Source of the DNA: Octopus vulgaris | Lineage: Eukaryota | Direction: 5' to 3' | Assembly: GCA_951406725.2 (NCBI GenBank) | Contig: OX597815.1 | Coordinates: forward strand, 35,484,001-35,732,000 | DNA length: 248,000 bases | The notes under the pieces: generated by a model | Told to the model about the DNA's origin: nothing | Database searches by the model: none | Seen by the model: only the letters and a program-made list of their open reading frames with translations | Shown: positions 144,218 through 160,209 of the stretch, piece after piece | Position numbering within the stretch: position 1 is the stretch's first letter | How the letters are laid out: each line of letters opens with the position of its first letter | Made by a program: the position numbers and the translations under genes

Positions 144218-144978
144218 CCACAGTATGATCAAGGCTACAGCCTAATTTGATCATGGCTCATCAAACAGAGGTAAAACAAGAGCGACAAGGATAACTATCT
144301 AAGGAGGAGGAAGAGGAGGAGGACAGCAACAATAACAATTACAACAGCTAAAAGTCACAAGTCATGATTTCTACCTCCAGTCGCAGGGAAGCTTTGCAAA
144401 GGTCGTGGGTGGTGCTCTTCCTCCTCTGACTAGGCCATAAAATATAAATTTAATTAAAAATGTCCTTGTTTAATAATACATTTACATGTGCGTGTGTATG
144501 CACGCGCGCGCGTGTATTTATATATGTGTATATCTATATAAATATGTATACATATATACATGTATGCATATATTGTTTGTTCCTTCTCGAGCCACCCCTG
144601 GCTCATAAGGGCAGGTTTCCCGGTTTCCTTAGCGTATAAGTACCCCACCTAGACGGGACGCCGGTCCGTCGCAGATGAACTGCAAGATGCAGGAGGAAAG
144701 ATGAGAGAAAGTTGTGGCGAAAGAGTCAGCAGAGGTTCACCATTACCTTCTGCCGGATCTGCGTGGAGCTTAGGTGTTTCGCTCATAAACACACACGTCG
144801 CCCGGTCTGAGATTCGAACCCGCGATCCCTCGACCGCGAGTCCGCTGCTCTAACCACTAGGCCATGTGCCTCCACATGCATATATGTATGTATGCATGTA
144901 TGTATGTATGTATGTATGTATGTATGTATGTATGTATGTATGTATGTATGTATGTATGTATGTATGTATGTGCATGTA

Positions 144979-145019
<41 letters not shown>

Positions 145020-145200
145020 CATGATAGACCGCTAACCATTATACATTCTTCATTTTCTCTCCTTGTTTCTTTTTGTGGAAGAGCGCAGGCTCGAAACGTT
145101 AAAAACTTTTTCACTTCCCGAGCGTTATACTAATACATCTGTTTGTTGTCTACACCACCTGCCTTCGTCTTAAATTTGTTTGTTTTTTGTGAATTCACCC

Positions 145201-145231
<31 letters not shown>

Positions 145232-146064
145232 GACACACACACAAACACATACACGCAAACATACACACACACACATACACGCACACATATACATATGTAT
145301 ATAATCACCACCATCGAGATGGCTATCAAGGCCGCCGTCACTACTTCCACCAACACCAATATCATCTTCAAAACCACCAACAGCGAAGTCAAGGTTTTAT
145401 TGTTTCTTTACAACAGTCGTTGAAACTAAAATCGCAAGACACTTGTGTCACTCTCTTTCTCTCTACTATTATATCTTGTTCACCTTCCTTTCTTCCTCTC
145501 TCTCAATTACTTCTTATTACTTGACCTTTCTTTATATTCATTCTTTTTAAGTGAAATTATACTTCATTTACGTCATCGGATGCCATATGTTGCCAAATGT
145601 CTGCATGCGTGCGCCTGTATGACTGTGAATATGTATATGAAAATAATGTGTACGAGTATATGTGTGCATGTGTACATGTGCACGTACGTGTCTGTGTGTG
145701 TAGGTTAAAGATGCACACGTGCTTCATAGTAAGCCTTTTGATTCATTTAGAAAAGGAAAACGAGGAATTTTTTTTTTGAAGTGTCCAATAATTAATTAGA
145801 ATTTAACGAAAACTATAACAATAAATATCTGTGTAGGAAATAAAATGAGATGGTGGGGTATCTCGAACATCATTTAGGAGACACACGGACGCACACGCAC
145901 AGTTATGGCAAAACATAAGTCTGTATGTATGCAAATAGTGATAAATCTTATTGCTTCCCAAGCACATATTTCCAGGTTCAGTACCACTGCATGCCACCTA
146001 CAATCTCGGGTCGACAAAAGTCTTGCGAGTGGATTTGGTGGACAGAAATTGAAAGAAGCCCGTC

Positions 146065-146101
<37 letters not shown>

Positions 146102-148413
146102 CAAAATAAGCAACAAGGATATCCATAGTTAATGCAATACGATCGTTTCATGCGACTCCATTTAACTGATCAATGTAATCATTTCATTACATCAATTTAA
146201 AATGTAGAGCAATCTTCAGCTGCACAAAGACATAGAATTTAATTAAATTAGAAGGACACATTAGTATAATTTTACCTAAAATCTCCAACAGGATAAGGAG
146301 ATAGACAAAAAACATGTTTTACCAACATCATAGTTGTAACTTATCATAGTTGTAACTACACATTAGGTATAATTATACTAATGTGTCCATCTGTTCTAAT
146401 TTAATTAAATTCTATGTCTTTGTGCAGCTGAAGATTGCTCTACATTGTAATTTGATGTAATGAAATGATTGCATTGATCAGTTAAATGGAGTCGCATGAA
146501 ACGATCGTATTGCATTACCTCTGGATATCCTTGTTGCTTATTTTGATTTAAATCACTTTATTTTGAAATTGTATGGATAATACCGTACTAAATTCTGGTG
146601 CCTCAACCTAAGTACCATATTCATCTGAATCTAAATTTATATATATATATATATATATAATGTGTGTGTTTGTCACCCACCACCGCTTTCCAACCGGTGT
146701 TGGTGTGTTTACGTCCCCGTAACTTAGTGGTTCGAGAAAGGGATTAATAGAATAAGTACCAGGCTTTAAAAAAATTGTACTGAGGTCGACTCATTCGACT
146801 AAAAATTCTACAAGTCGGTGCCCCAGCATGGCTGCAGTCTAATAACTGAAGCAAGTAATAGATAAAAAGAATAGATGATTTGCCATAAACATCCCCAAGA
146901 AATAACGATAAAATAAATCAAATATTAATCAATGGCATAGTTAGTGTGTGCGGCCCGAAACAGCCCTTGTTTCCCCACCTGCTCACGGCCCCACCAATCT
147001 TATACAGGCTTATACAACAAACTCAAAATACCGCCCCACCATAATAGCGTCGCCCGGACGAACCGTCTCCAAGTACCCGCTCCCTAACTATTCTATTGAT
147101 ATTAATTCATGAGGTTCATGCAGAACCGTGAGACTCCAAACAATAATTTGTCTGTCCATTCTAAATACGTTCTGGAAGATTCTGGTCGCAGTTATTTTTC
147201 ATCATTGGAGAACATTTCCTTTTCGATAACGTCAATGACCAGTGTAAAAGAACTTAGCGACATCGTGGTGTTTCAACCTTTTTGAGTGTCTCCTCAGATA
147301 AAGCTACCCGGACCGATAATTCTAAAAGGAGTACAGGCCCTTGTTTATAGAAATCAGCAAACAAATTATTTACTGGTATATGTTTATGTCTGCGAAACAG
147401 ATGATAATTCATGAGGCACACACAAAAAGCGAGAATCCAAACAAAAAAGTATGTATTCATTCTCAAGGCATTTTGAACACAAACATCTTGTTCTTTTTGT
147501 TATTGGAGAAGAGCCTGTATTCTTGTTAGATTCATCGGGCTGACGGAGTAGCTTCGACTGAGATGCTCAATAAGGTCGAAACACCGTGGTTTCTCATGTT
147601 CCCTTACATTTGTGAATTGCATGTGTTTTGAACAGACATCGACTAAAGAGAGATATTCTCAGACAAAAAAGAAAAAAAACCACAAAGATCAGATATTCTC
147701 ATTAGAAACTTCTAGGATATAGGGTGCACTGAGTATGAATAAATACATCATTGTAAATCAAATATCTTAAATGAATCTATGAATGGATGACATCTTAACT
147801 ACGATGTAAATGATGGTTTTAATAAGAAAAGCTACAAGAAAAATATAGACAACAAAATAGAGTAAGAACATAAGTAAGAAATTAGTGGTGACGAATAAAA
147901 GCTAAACAGAAATTATTCATCACAACGGCTTTCATTCAACATGTTCAGTCTATGTATCTAAGATCTGAATGAAAGACATCGTTTTCTACAGAGGCATGCC
148001 ACCTACATCATCGCATGTCTGTTGACTCTGTCTATGAAGAATAGATGGTGCTGTTGTTTGCTTCCATATCAGCGCATTTGTTTGTGTGTGAATGTATGCA
148101 TGTGTATTTGTATATGTAAGCGTGTGCGTCAAGAATCGTGTCTGTTTGTCTCTTACGAAGAGAGAAAATATGGCAATCGCTGATTCCAGTCATTGTTTGA
148201 ATACACTTAATCTGGTTCTTTGCGTTCTGAGTTCAAATCCTGTTATAGCCTAGATGTGTGGTAGACTTCATTCGTCGCCCAGTTTAATACCATCACTTAA
148301 TTCTTGGCTACCTTTAATTGAGTCTATTCTATTGCAAGAATTCAGGCCACAGTGTCTCCTGCTTGATGATAACAGTATGTCTGTTTGTCTGTCTGTCTCT
148401 GTCTCTGTCTGTC

Positions 148414-148487
<74 letters not shown>

Positions 148488-149754
148488 GTCCCGTAGATCC
148501 TATAAAGATTCTTTCCTGACAGAAAGATTTAAAAAAAAAACCGCCTTCGAATGTCGTATCATTTCCTTTTGATGGTAACTACTAGCGTCGAATTACACAA
148601 ATCATTAGAATCATGAGAGCGGAGCAAGAGCTCCTTGCAAACTATTCCTTGGTTGATAACCAGGGAAAGATACACATCCAGAGAAGTTGCGCAGCTTTAG
148701 AGCAAAAGATCATCAGACGAAAAACTTTGGCTTATCAGCAGAAGGTCCATGCATGGCTATGTTGTCAGAAAACTTCAACGTGAGATAGAGAGAGGTGGGG
148801 AGCCAAAGAGACAGAGATAACTAGAACACTCTATTTATCAAGCAACTGTTATATTAGCTCTTTGAACGGTATAAGTAGCGTAGCTGGGGGAGGGGGTCAG
148901 CCCCGGGCGACGCTTTTATGGGCAACATTTTTGGATCTACTGTAAAAGCTTGAATAGGCTTGGGAGCTCGGAAGGTTTGCACATTCTAGGCTTGCCTTGG
149001 GAGGCACACACTCAAGCTACTCCACTGAGTGCATTTACAGGATCTAGTTTTTTCCTTTGCAAAATATGCATTTTGTTTTTAAAAAGAAGTAAAAAATCTT
149101 AAAATCGCCTATATTAATGTAGCCTACCAGTCTCACTGCTTTGAAGGTATGATGATGTGGAGAATAAAGTTACAGAGGTTTAAAAATCGAAAAAAAAAAA
149201 CTGTATTTATAGCTAATAGCGAGACAGAATTTCTTTTTTTTCTTTTTTTTTTCTTTTTTTTTTTTTTGCGTTTAGCGGAGCGGTGTCGACTTCAAGGTTG
149301 TACCCTGTGAAATTTATAGTTTAGCGTCTGACCTGTACATTGTAGGTTTCTAAATAAACAGAAATACCTAATAAAATCAACATGTATCATCTTACTATTT
149401 CTTTTGTCTCTTCATTCATTGTATTTTTTATTATTTTTTAAAAATTTGCTATATTAATATATTTGTCTGAATACCCTAACCACTAAGCCACGCGCTTTCA
149501 CATGTTCCTGTTGAAGCCTGTCTAAAACTTTATTTGTCCATTTGTGTACCAATCATGTAAAGTTGGACTTCATGAAACCTGAAAAGTCACGACTAATTAT
149601 GAAATTAATTTACAATTCACTAATAGAAAAGTGAAAATATGTAAAGCATTCCAAAAAATTTAGACCTTTGTAGATACATATTCATGCGCAGAGACCTAAA
149701 AGCATATACGGTAAAACATACAGAACCACACATGCAATAACACCATGCGTGCAC

Positions 149755-149785
<31 letters not shown>

Positions 149786-152700
149786 TGTATGTATGTATGT
149801 ATGTATGTATGTATGTATGTATGTATGCATACATACATACATACATGCATACATACATACATGTGTATATGTATATACACACATACATGTGTATGTGTGA
149901 AAAAAATATATATAAATACACACATACATTTATATATGCATACATGGCTAGCTAGTTAATGTTTTCTAAATTCCATTGAAAACAGACTTTTTTCAGTTTG
150001 CAAACCGGCTCTTTTTCTATTGGTGAGAAATTTTAATGATAAAGCCAGGCGATCATACATACATACATACATACATACATACATACATACATACATACAT
150101 ACATACCTTATGCGTATTTCAGTATTATGTATACATGTCATGTATTTGCGTACATCGTTAATGTATGTGTGCGTGTGTGTGTGTGTGTGAAAGGGGCATT
150201 TGTCTTCAAAACTCCAAAGTTGAGTAACGTTTTTCATACTTGGATTTGTAAACTACGGTAAGAGTAACACTGGTCAACAAAGAATTTGTCCCAAAGAAAA
150301 GAATACCTGTAACTCGTGTGTTTTTGCATGCAGAATTCAAAAATAATGTCAAATTATCTGTATCACCAACAGTTTCTCTGTTCCCCGATGTCCCTCTCAG
150401 TTCCTGTTACGTAGGCTAAATTTCAGTTAAGCTGTTGAAACGTGAAGCTAACGGTTTAAGAAATACTCTTAATTTAGATTTTTATGAATAGAATTAACCT
150501 AGTGAAATCATAAATCCAGCTGAGTCAATGAGTCCCGAAAGAAGAATCAAGTGTGAAAAATCAACACAGACAACAGTGAACCACAATACAGCGTGCGGTT
150601 GTCATGGTAACAAGCTGCTAATGTCACGCCGTCTGTTGATTGGCTAAAATTACCCAAATTTCCCAACTTTAATTCCAAATAACGTCAGATTTTAAAATTT
150701 ACGTGATATAGTAATTGGTTGATCGTAATCAACATTCAAAATTGCATCGATACGCCCAAACTGAAAGCAATCTGAGCAAAATTATTTTCCTAACACAGAA
150801 AATAACAAAATACATGATGCAGAAAAAGGATAGAGACGCAGATTAAAAAACACCTGAATACACTTTCGTGGGAATTGATACTTTATATGTCACACATATC
150901 ATAAGTAATTATCTAGAGAGGCCTCCTGATGCTATCTACGTATGAAGCATAATGAGGTGGCTAAACACGGCACGTTGCGAAAATGACAGTCCTGGAGAGG
151001 AAAGGAATTTCAGTGATGTAAAGAGCGATATCCATAAAAAGGAATACGCGTGGAATATTTCTGTTTCTGGCACTCAGTCGATTACGACGACGAGGGCTCA
151101 ACGGAACCGCCAGCTCGTGGAATTAACGTGCAAGTGACTGAGCACTCCATAGACACGTGTGCCCTTAACGTAGTTTTCGGGGAGATGCAGCATGACACAG
151201 AATGTGACAAGGCTGGCCCTTTCAAATACAGGTACTACTCATTTTTGCCAGCTGAGTGGACTGGGGCAACGTGAAATAAAGTATCTTGCTCAAGGACACA
151301 ATGCGGCGCCGGGCGGGAATCGAACTCACGACCTTACAACCGTGAGCCGAATACCCTAACCACTAAGACACACGCTTTCACATGTTCCTGTTGAACCTCT
151401 GCAAAATGAAGGCACAGCAAATTTGACAATGATCCGGAACGAAGAAAAAGTGCACATTAGTCGCATTCAATTGTCGGTTGTCTTGCAGATTTAAAGAAAA
151501 AAAGGAAAGCCTGTCTAAAACTTTATCTGTCCACCTGTGAATATATTGGCCTGCCTCAGTACCAATCATGTAAAGGTGGAATTCATGAAACCAGAAAAGT
151601 TACGACTAATTATGAAATTAATTTACAATTCACTAATAGAAAAGTGAAAATATGTAAAACATTCGAAAAATTTAGACCTTTGTAGATACATTATATTCAC
151701 GCGCAGAGACCTGAAAGCATATACGGTAAAATATACAGAACCACACATGCAATAACATCCATGCGTGCACACATATATGTGTGTATATATACATACATAC
151801 ATACATACATACATACATACATACATACGTGTGTATGTGTATATAAACACACATACATGTGTATGTGTGAAAAAATATATATGCATATATATATATATAT
151901 ATATCACCGTGATCACCGTGATCACCGTGACCGACCAGGCTATCAGATGTAGTTACACATCGCTGGTCACAATGTGTTCGCATTGTTTTAGCCTTCGAAT
152001 GACGCCACCCCGCTGGCTATGCGAGCAGGCCAACAGAAGAAAGAGTGAGAGAAAGTTGTGGTGAAAGAGTACAGCAGGGATCACCACCCCCTGCCGGAGC
152101 CTCGTGGAGCTTTTAGGTGTTTTTGCTCAATAAACACTCACAACGCCCGGTCTAGGATATCGAAACCGCGATCCTACGACCGCGAGTCTGCTGCCCTAAC
152201 CACTAGGCCATTGTGCCTTTGCAAACTGAAAAAAGTCTTTTTTCAATGGAATTTAGAAAACATTAACTAGCTAGCCATGTGTGCATGTATAAATGTGTGC
152301 TTGTATTCATATGTATATGCATACATATTGATATATATATATATATTTATATATATGTATTATATATACATATATATAAATATATATATTTATCAATATG
152401 TATGCATATACATATAAATACAAGCACACATTTATACATGCACACATGGCTAGCTTGTTAATGTTTTCTAAATTCCATTGAAAAAAGACTATTTTTTTCA
152501 GTTTGCAAACCGGCTCTTTTTCTATTGGTGAGAAATTTTAATGATAAAGCCAGGCGATCGTACATACATACATACATACATACATACATACATACATACA
152601 TGCATGCATGCATGCATACATACATACATACATACATACATACATACATACATACATACATACATACATACATACATACACTAATTACACGAGTGCGAAC

Positions 152701-152850
152701 AACATCCACACATCCACCCACATATACGCACACCATATATTCACACATACCCACGAATCCTAAGAACTGTCTTGATTCAAACAAACAAGCCTTATCAGTT
152801 TCTTAGTAATCGGCTTCATTTCTCCAAAATAGAACTTAACTATTACTTAA

Positions 152851-152916
<66 letters not shown>

Positions 152917-153093
152917 TACAGTCGAATAAAGAAAATTTGGACCTCGGAACTCTACATTCAATAAAGCAGAGGCCCACAATGTGTTTACAGTGCCAGTGCT
153001 CATGCCGACATTCGGGCCGCTTAATGAGATCCGAGCCATTGATGTGAAAACCCGAAAAAATACTAACCAGCACACATAATTTCCACTTCGACA

Positions 153094-154365
153094 GTGACTC
153101 AGTCCGCCTCTAACGAAAACGAGGCGGCAAAAGATTCACATCGATCCAGACTGCCTTTGAATGTTGTTTCATATCCCATCGGCAACTCTTGTCGAAGTGC
153201 ATCACTTGACAAAGTTTGTATTCATGACGCTGATAACATCATAAGACACGGAAAGCAGCTCATTGAGCAGCACTCCTTGTCTGATAACCTTCAATACTTG
153301 CCCAAAGAAGTCACACGACTCTACTGCTATGTATCATCAGATGAAAATATGAAAGTATGTCAGCAGGATATGTTAATATATTTATTTCTTTACTACCCTC
153401 AGTGGGCTTAACACAGAGGTGACAAACAAGGACAAACGGACCAAGTCGATTAGATCGACCCCAGTGCGTAACTGGTACTTATTTAATCGACCCCGAAAGG
153501 ATGAAAGGTAAAGTCGACCTCGGCGGAATTTTAACTCAGGACGTAACGGTAGACAAGATACCGCGAAGCATTTCGCCCGGTGTGCTAACGATTCTGCCAA
153601 GCTCTGAGATGATAGTAACATTGATCGTCAAAGCAGTCTATCATGGACCGACTAAATTACTACCTCACACTTTGAAGAGTATGCGTTTGCAATCTAGGAA
153701 CAGGGAATATCAACCAAATACCTGATGCACAAAAGGAGCAGAGATACAGGAAAAGCTGCAAAATGTGACAACCGATGCAGACTTTGTGGAGTTAACACCG
153801 AACATATCACCCACATCATAAGCATTTGTCGGAAAATGTAATCACGGTATTATCTACCGATGAGACATGATGTTGTAGCTCGGACACTGTATAATGAAAT
153901 CCGTCGGAAGGATAACCGCGAGGACAAAGAAATAAGAACCCACAGTATGGAGGAAGCCAACGCTACTCATCATAAAAAGGAGACTCGTAGAATGTCCCAG
154001 AGAAAACCTCAATAAAACCTAAACAAATAGACCTGACACAATGATTTGGGATAGAGAAGAGAAACTGTACAGTTCTGGAAATCAGCAGCCCAGCGGATGC
154101 TAACATAAAGCTAAAGATCAGCGAAAAACAAAATACCTACGTTGAAATATTGAGAAATTTGACGCTACTCTATCCAGATTACAAGTTGAGGCTTGTACCT
154201 GTAATTATTGGGACATTGGGATATGTGACACACTACCTAAATGCCAATTTGAGAAATTAGGCTTCTCAAAACTAGAAAAGAAAAAGCTGACTCGAAGACT
154301 GCAGATCCAATCCATCACTGGAACTGTAAAAATCTGTAAAACTTTCCAGAAGTTTATCATTTAAA
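153094..154365 (+). mobile_element. R4/Dong-like RLE LINE 3' remnant interrupted by a SINE
   Basis: YAFAIxEQGIST, CRLCGVNTEHITHIISIC, RHDVVARTLY, RPD, VPVIIGTLG; related fragment at 148540-148820. Confidence 0.75.
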
Positions 154366-157300
154366 TATACATGAGCATGTCTAGATATGCAACTATAAGC
154401 ACAAGAAAACACACAAATCTGCGCATATACATACATATAAAAATATCCTGTTGATGTTTGTTGAAATTCCAATGAAAGAACCTTGGATCTAGGTTAGAAG
154501 CCGGTTCTTTCTCTATTGGCAAAAAAAAATTTGAAATAAAACTGAATAATGACATTCATACATACACATATGAATACATATACACATACACACATGCATA
154601 CATACATACATATGTTAGCAACCGGGTTGAACATACATACACACACATATGCATACACCTACATACGTATATACGTACGTACGTACGTATGTATGTATGT
154701 ATGTATGTATGTATGTATGTATCTACGTATATACGTACGTACGTACGTACGTATGTATTGTCTGTCTGTCTGTCTGTATGTATGTATGTATGTATGTTAG
154801 CAACTGGTTTGAACCCTCTCAAGAACTTCAATTAAACTGAAAAATCATACTACGCATATACATGCAAACATGCATGCCTACACGATGGCTGTCTACCATC
154901 CGTGTCAATCTCGTTTACAACTCATGAACCGTAAAGTATTGCTTCAAGTCCGCTAGCGAGTGTTAGTCTTTATTGCATACCGCGCATACCGATCAGTAGC
155001 ATTTATATGAAAAACTGCTTGGTTACCCACAATTCAATCGAATCATACCCGTTCTTCGAGTAGACAACTGAAGCTTGATCAAAATTATTTTACAGGCTCC
155101 TTACGCGTGGGTTGGGTTTTACCTGCTTACTTCTAATTGGTAAACTTATACACGTCACCAAATATCTAACCGTCAATAGACTTTCAAATATTTATATCAA
155201 TGGAAATCGCCTGACAATGTAACGTTAACAAAAGATAACTGTATGGGAACTTTTTATAATGAACTGAGATTGCACTTCACATAATTTACTTTTTTAATTT
155301 TCGGCGGAATAAAAGATTAGGTTTTATATCACACAGTAATTCAACTTTTAATCCTCTCCAAACAAAGAGACCCAGCAGGCGTTTGAATTCAGAATTCTCC
155401 CGCTTTCAAATACTTCCCACAACCACCACTACTACCACCACCACCAAAAGCAAAGAGCTCTATTTACTCCTCTGATAGATACATTTATTCTTGGAGTGCA
155501 AACATAAACAATTGTTGTTGTTTTTTTATCGAACGAGCCTAAATACATATTTCGTTATTACCCACAAGGGGCTAAACATAGAGGGGACAAACAAGGACAG
155601 ACATAGGTATTAAGTCGATTACATCGACCCCAGTGCGTAACTGGTACTTAATTTATCGACCCCGAAAGGATGAAAGGCAAAGTCGACCTCGGCGGAATTT
155701 GAACTCACAACGTAACGTCAAACGAAGTACCGCAAAGCATTTCGCCCGGCGTGCTAACGCTTCTGCCAGCTCGCCGCCTAAATACAGTTGAAGGAAAGGT
155801 TGGGTATGTAATACAGATTCAACCAGAGCTAGCTGAAGGCATTGGCAACTTAGGCAGTCTCCTAGGGCCATGCGTGCTAGGGGACTCTAAATCATATTCT
155901 TTTCTTTTCTTTATTTCTTTTATTTGTTTCAGTCATTTTACTGTGGCCATGCTGGAGCACCGCCTTTAGTCGAGCAAATCGACCCCAGGACTTATTCTTC
156001 GTAAGTCTAGTACTTATTCTATCACTCTCTCTTGCCGAACCGCTAAGTGACGGGGACGTAAACACACCAGCGTCGTTTGTCAAGCGAAGTCGGGGGGACA
156101 AACACAGACACACAAACTTATACACACACACACACACACACATACGACGGGCTTCTTTCAGTTTTCGTCTACCAAATCCGCTCACAAGGCTTTGGTCAGC
156201 CCGAGGTTATAGTAGAAGACACTTGCCCAAGGTGCCACGCAGTGGGACTGAACCCAGAACCATGTGGTTGGAAGAGAAAAGAGTTACATGTGTTGTAATT
156301 GACATGTATCCGAGGATAGTGGAAATAATGGTTTCTAACATTGATACAAAATCTTATTTTTGAGGTGGTGGGAAGGAAACGTAGTTATTAAATTGATCCC
156401 AGTATTTGGTTCATACTAATTTTGTCTTTCCAGGAAGAATGCAATGCAAAGTTGATCAAAGCGAGGAAAAGACAAAGTATGGTTTTCCACAATAGACATC
156501 CGCCACACAGGTGGTGGCACACAAACCACCATACAATGACCCCCAAGAACTATGCCAATTGGGCGCAAACTCCTTGTAGAGCTTCCTATGCTGGATAGGT
156601 TAAAGGATGGGGGCCAAACTAATATTGGTTTCAAATTTTTAGTACAATGCCAGAAAGTTCGGGAGAAGGGTTAAGTCGATTACATCGATCTCAGTGCTCA
156701 ACTGGTGCTTATTTTATAGACCCCGAAAGTATTAGAGGCAAAGATGGCCTCAGCAAAACAAAGAAACCAGAACGTAAAGACGGATGAAATGCCGCTAAGC
156801 ATTTTGCCCGGCGTGCTAACGATTCTACCAGCTCACTGTCTTACGCCAAACTTATATTGACCACCAAATGGATTTGCTTAAGGCCAACAACACTAACTAG
156901 AAAAAAAAAAAGCAAAGTTACAGAAGTATCGATGTTAGCTCAAAACCAAACTACAGAAAAACCGTCGATGGCCTATGCTTCATAGGAAGCGAATGACTTA
157001 AGTTAAATATGTAACGATAAATATGAATACGATCACAAATTTTGGGGAAGCGAACGGTCGATTAAATCAACCTCAGTAACTGATACAAACTTAAGGCTGG
157101 CGGGATTTAAATTCAAAAAATGTAAAAGGACGTAGCTAAATACCGCCCGATATTCTATCCGATGCTCTAGTATAAAGAGATTTGAACGCATCAGTACAAA
157201 TTAAGAACATTTACGTTTATATCTGCACTTACTTGTTTAGTAACCTCGCCTCCCGTTCAGCTCTACTCATCACACCTAATAAACTGAAAAGCGTTTCAAG

Positions 157301-157778
157301 CGTGACTATCCCATCTTTCACTCAAACGTAGTGTATCTAGAATTACATTACGTAATGTGTTCTTCCTACTTAAAGACGGTGGTTGTATGATTAGACGGTA
157401 ATTGGACTGCCAGTGGAGCAGATACGTAAAGACTCCCGCGAGCATCATGTTTGCCAGAAAATTACTACGATAGAGGAAATCTGAACTGACATAAATCTTA
157501 AATAAACATACACTGTATAGAGGTGCCTGTGTGTACTGCGTGTTGAGGCATGTCCACGGTTCTTTATAACGAATATATATTATACTGTTCCCAATAAAGG
157601 TAGATATAAATATATATGTTCAATGGACAGCTAGGTCGGTAAATTAAGAATCATTTCAAACGGTTTATATGTATTAACACGTCATTCGGTTATTCGAGCT
157701 CTGTGAGTCAGTAATATTTTATCACCAACACACACGTACTTACACACGCGCACACGGAAGTATACGTTACAGTGGGTG

Positions 157779-157856
<78 letters not shown>

Positions 157857-158127
157857 GTGTGTGTGTGTGAAAACCTAATTAAAAATTATCTAATTAAAAC
157901 TTAAAACTTAGAGAACAAATTCACCTAAACCGGAAAGAAATATGTTAATTTAGGTTAGAAAACACTTTACGAAGATATATGAGTAAGTTTTAATTTTTAT
158001 AACACTGTGGCTGTATAGAACTTAATCAGAATTTCCGCTAGGTATGTTCTGTTAGTATTGACAAACCACTCATACAGGAAGCCGACTAGATAATGATAAT
158101 CTACGTCAATCTCTAACTGTACACACA

Positions 158128-158200
<73 letters not shown>

Positions 158201-158529
158201 CGCACGTGTGTGTAGGTAATTATTCAGTTTTATTTCAAGGTTTCTTGCCAATAAAGAGCCGCCCTCTAACCTAAATCCAAGGCTCTTTCGTTGGAATTTC
158301 AACAACAACGAGGTACTTTAGTGTCTGTATATGCAGTATTTTGAATCGTATGTATGTATATATGCATACATGCATACAAACACTCGCATACTAATACAGT
158401 GAACCCACGTTAAACCGTACTAATAGGGTGGATGATAATATTTTTTAGCTGATTCTCTGATTAAACCAAAACTATTGGGATAATAATTTAATTGGGTGTC
158501 TTTCAGTCAGGAAGAAAATTTAGTACCCA

Positions 158530-158928
158530 CTAGCAGTATCGCCCGGCGTTGCTCGGGTTTGTAAGAGAAATAACTATATAAGCATTTTTAGAGAGTTATA
158601 GCCAAAAAATAGCAAAAAAATGCATTAAAAATGGAAAAAAATTAAGGTAAATTTTTGTTATAAATCGTTGACACATCGTAGATATTTTTAGAGAGTTACT
158701 TCCCTTATATAATAGCGAAAAAAAATGCATTAAAATGGAAAAATATGATGGTAAATTTTTTTTAAATCGTAGACTCATCGTAGACGCGCGCTAATACCCA
158801 GAAGGGCTCGATATGACTCACGACTTTAAGATACCCGCTTTTGGTTAAACTGCACCGCAAAATGTGGGAGTAGTTACGAATCTAAATCGTAGGAGACAGA
158901 CACACAACTTCACTTTTATATATAAAGA
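158530..158928 (-). mobile_element. Non-autonomous Helitron with both termini
   Basis: 5' TC at 158928, 3' hairpin CCCGAGCAACGCCGGG plus CTAG at 158530, in an AT site; homologous to 191795-192307. Confidence 0.85.
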
Positions 158929-159037
158929 TATAAGCCACGTAGTTATATACACATACTTTGTTATATACACATTCTTAAAAGAAAATGTTATTTTGAACAC
159001 AACATTTATAAAGAATAAAATATTTTTTGGTTTTTCT

Positions 159038-159700
159038 TAACCCTTTCGTTACTATATTTCTGACCAAAATACACCCCTTATGTGTTTCAATTAATTTCTA
159101 ACGTAATCATAAATTCAGTCTGGTTTCATTAAACATTTATAACTTTTTTATTTATCAATGTATTAACGTGAATTTTGGAAGATAATTTAATGAAATGTTC
159201 TCAACCAATTCTATACTATAATTTTTGTCACAAAGTGACTCTAATTGCAGGTAGATACAGGTAAATTCAACAAAATATAAAATTATTAAAATTTTGTTCA
159301 AACATCGCTATAGAAAATGGGTTATTAGCTAATATTCAATTGGGTATACAACAAAATTTTACGATAGAATTTGTTATTCTGGGTAACTTTCTGATACCCA
159401 TAATAATATTTATGGCAAAATAGGCCTTAATTTCATTTAATGTTGTGGGAAATAACAAACTATCCTTTCTTTCGCTTTGTTTACGTTTAGCGTAACGGTT
159501 CGTTTCCGCCATAATGATTTCAAATGGGCTCATTCGAAAAAGTAAAAAGAAATAGTCGAAGGCTTTACTCTTCTGGGAAAGTCTGTGGCTTGGTCCAGTT
159601 TCTTCAGAAAAATCACCGAAAGAAACAGTTTTTAAATTTTCACTCCATTCAGGTGCCAATTCATTTTCTTTATCGCTGTCGGAGCTCTCGGATTCACTGT
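159038..159700 (-). mobile_element. piggyBac remnant with one TTAA-CCCT terminus
   Basis: FEIIMAETNRYA...TTLNEIKAYFAINIIMGIRKLP; TTAACCCTTTCGTTAC at ~159038. Confidence 0.75.
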
Positions 159701-160130
159701 TTTCACTTTAATCGTTGCACACTTGCAAAGAGACAGGAGGAGATATTAGGGTGATAGCATCAGTGAAGCAGATCGCTCCCTTTTTGTGTGTGTGTGTGTG
159801 CGTGTGCTATAGCCCACACTAAGAAAAGCACTTGACTAACACACCAGAATGTGAGTTTTCTCTAAATTTTGCTTAATTGGGGTTGAAATTTTAAAAACTG
159901 GACCTGGCACGACCCGATTTATTCTACTCTTAAAAATGCTAGGTAAATTGTAATTGAAGAAATCCTATATTGTAGATTTCTATAAGAGACAAAGGGAGGC
160001 AGATAAAATCTGCCTTTTATAATAACAGATGACTCTACATGGCCGGCGAGACCCCGACTTTCCGCCGCCGCCCAGCCCGCCCCAACCAGGCCTTTCGCGA
160101 TACCCTTAAAGTCGTGAACGTTCAGCACCT

Positions 160131-160209
<79 letters not shown>

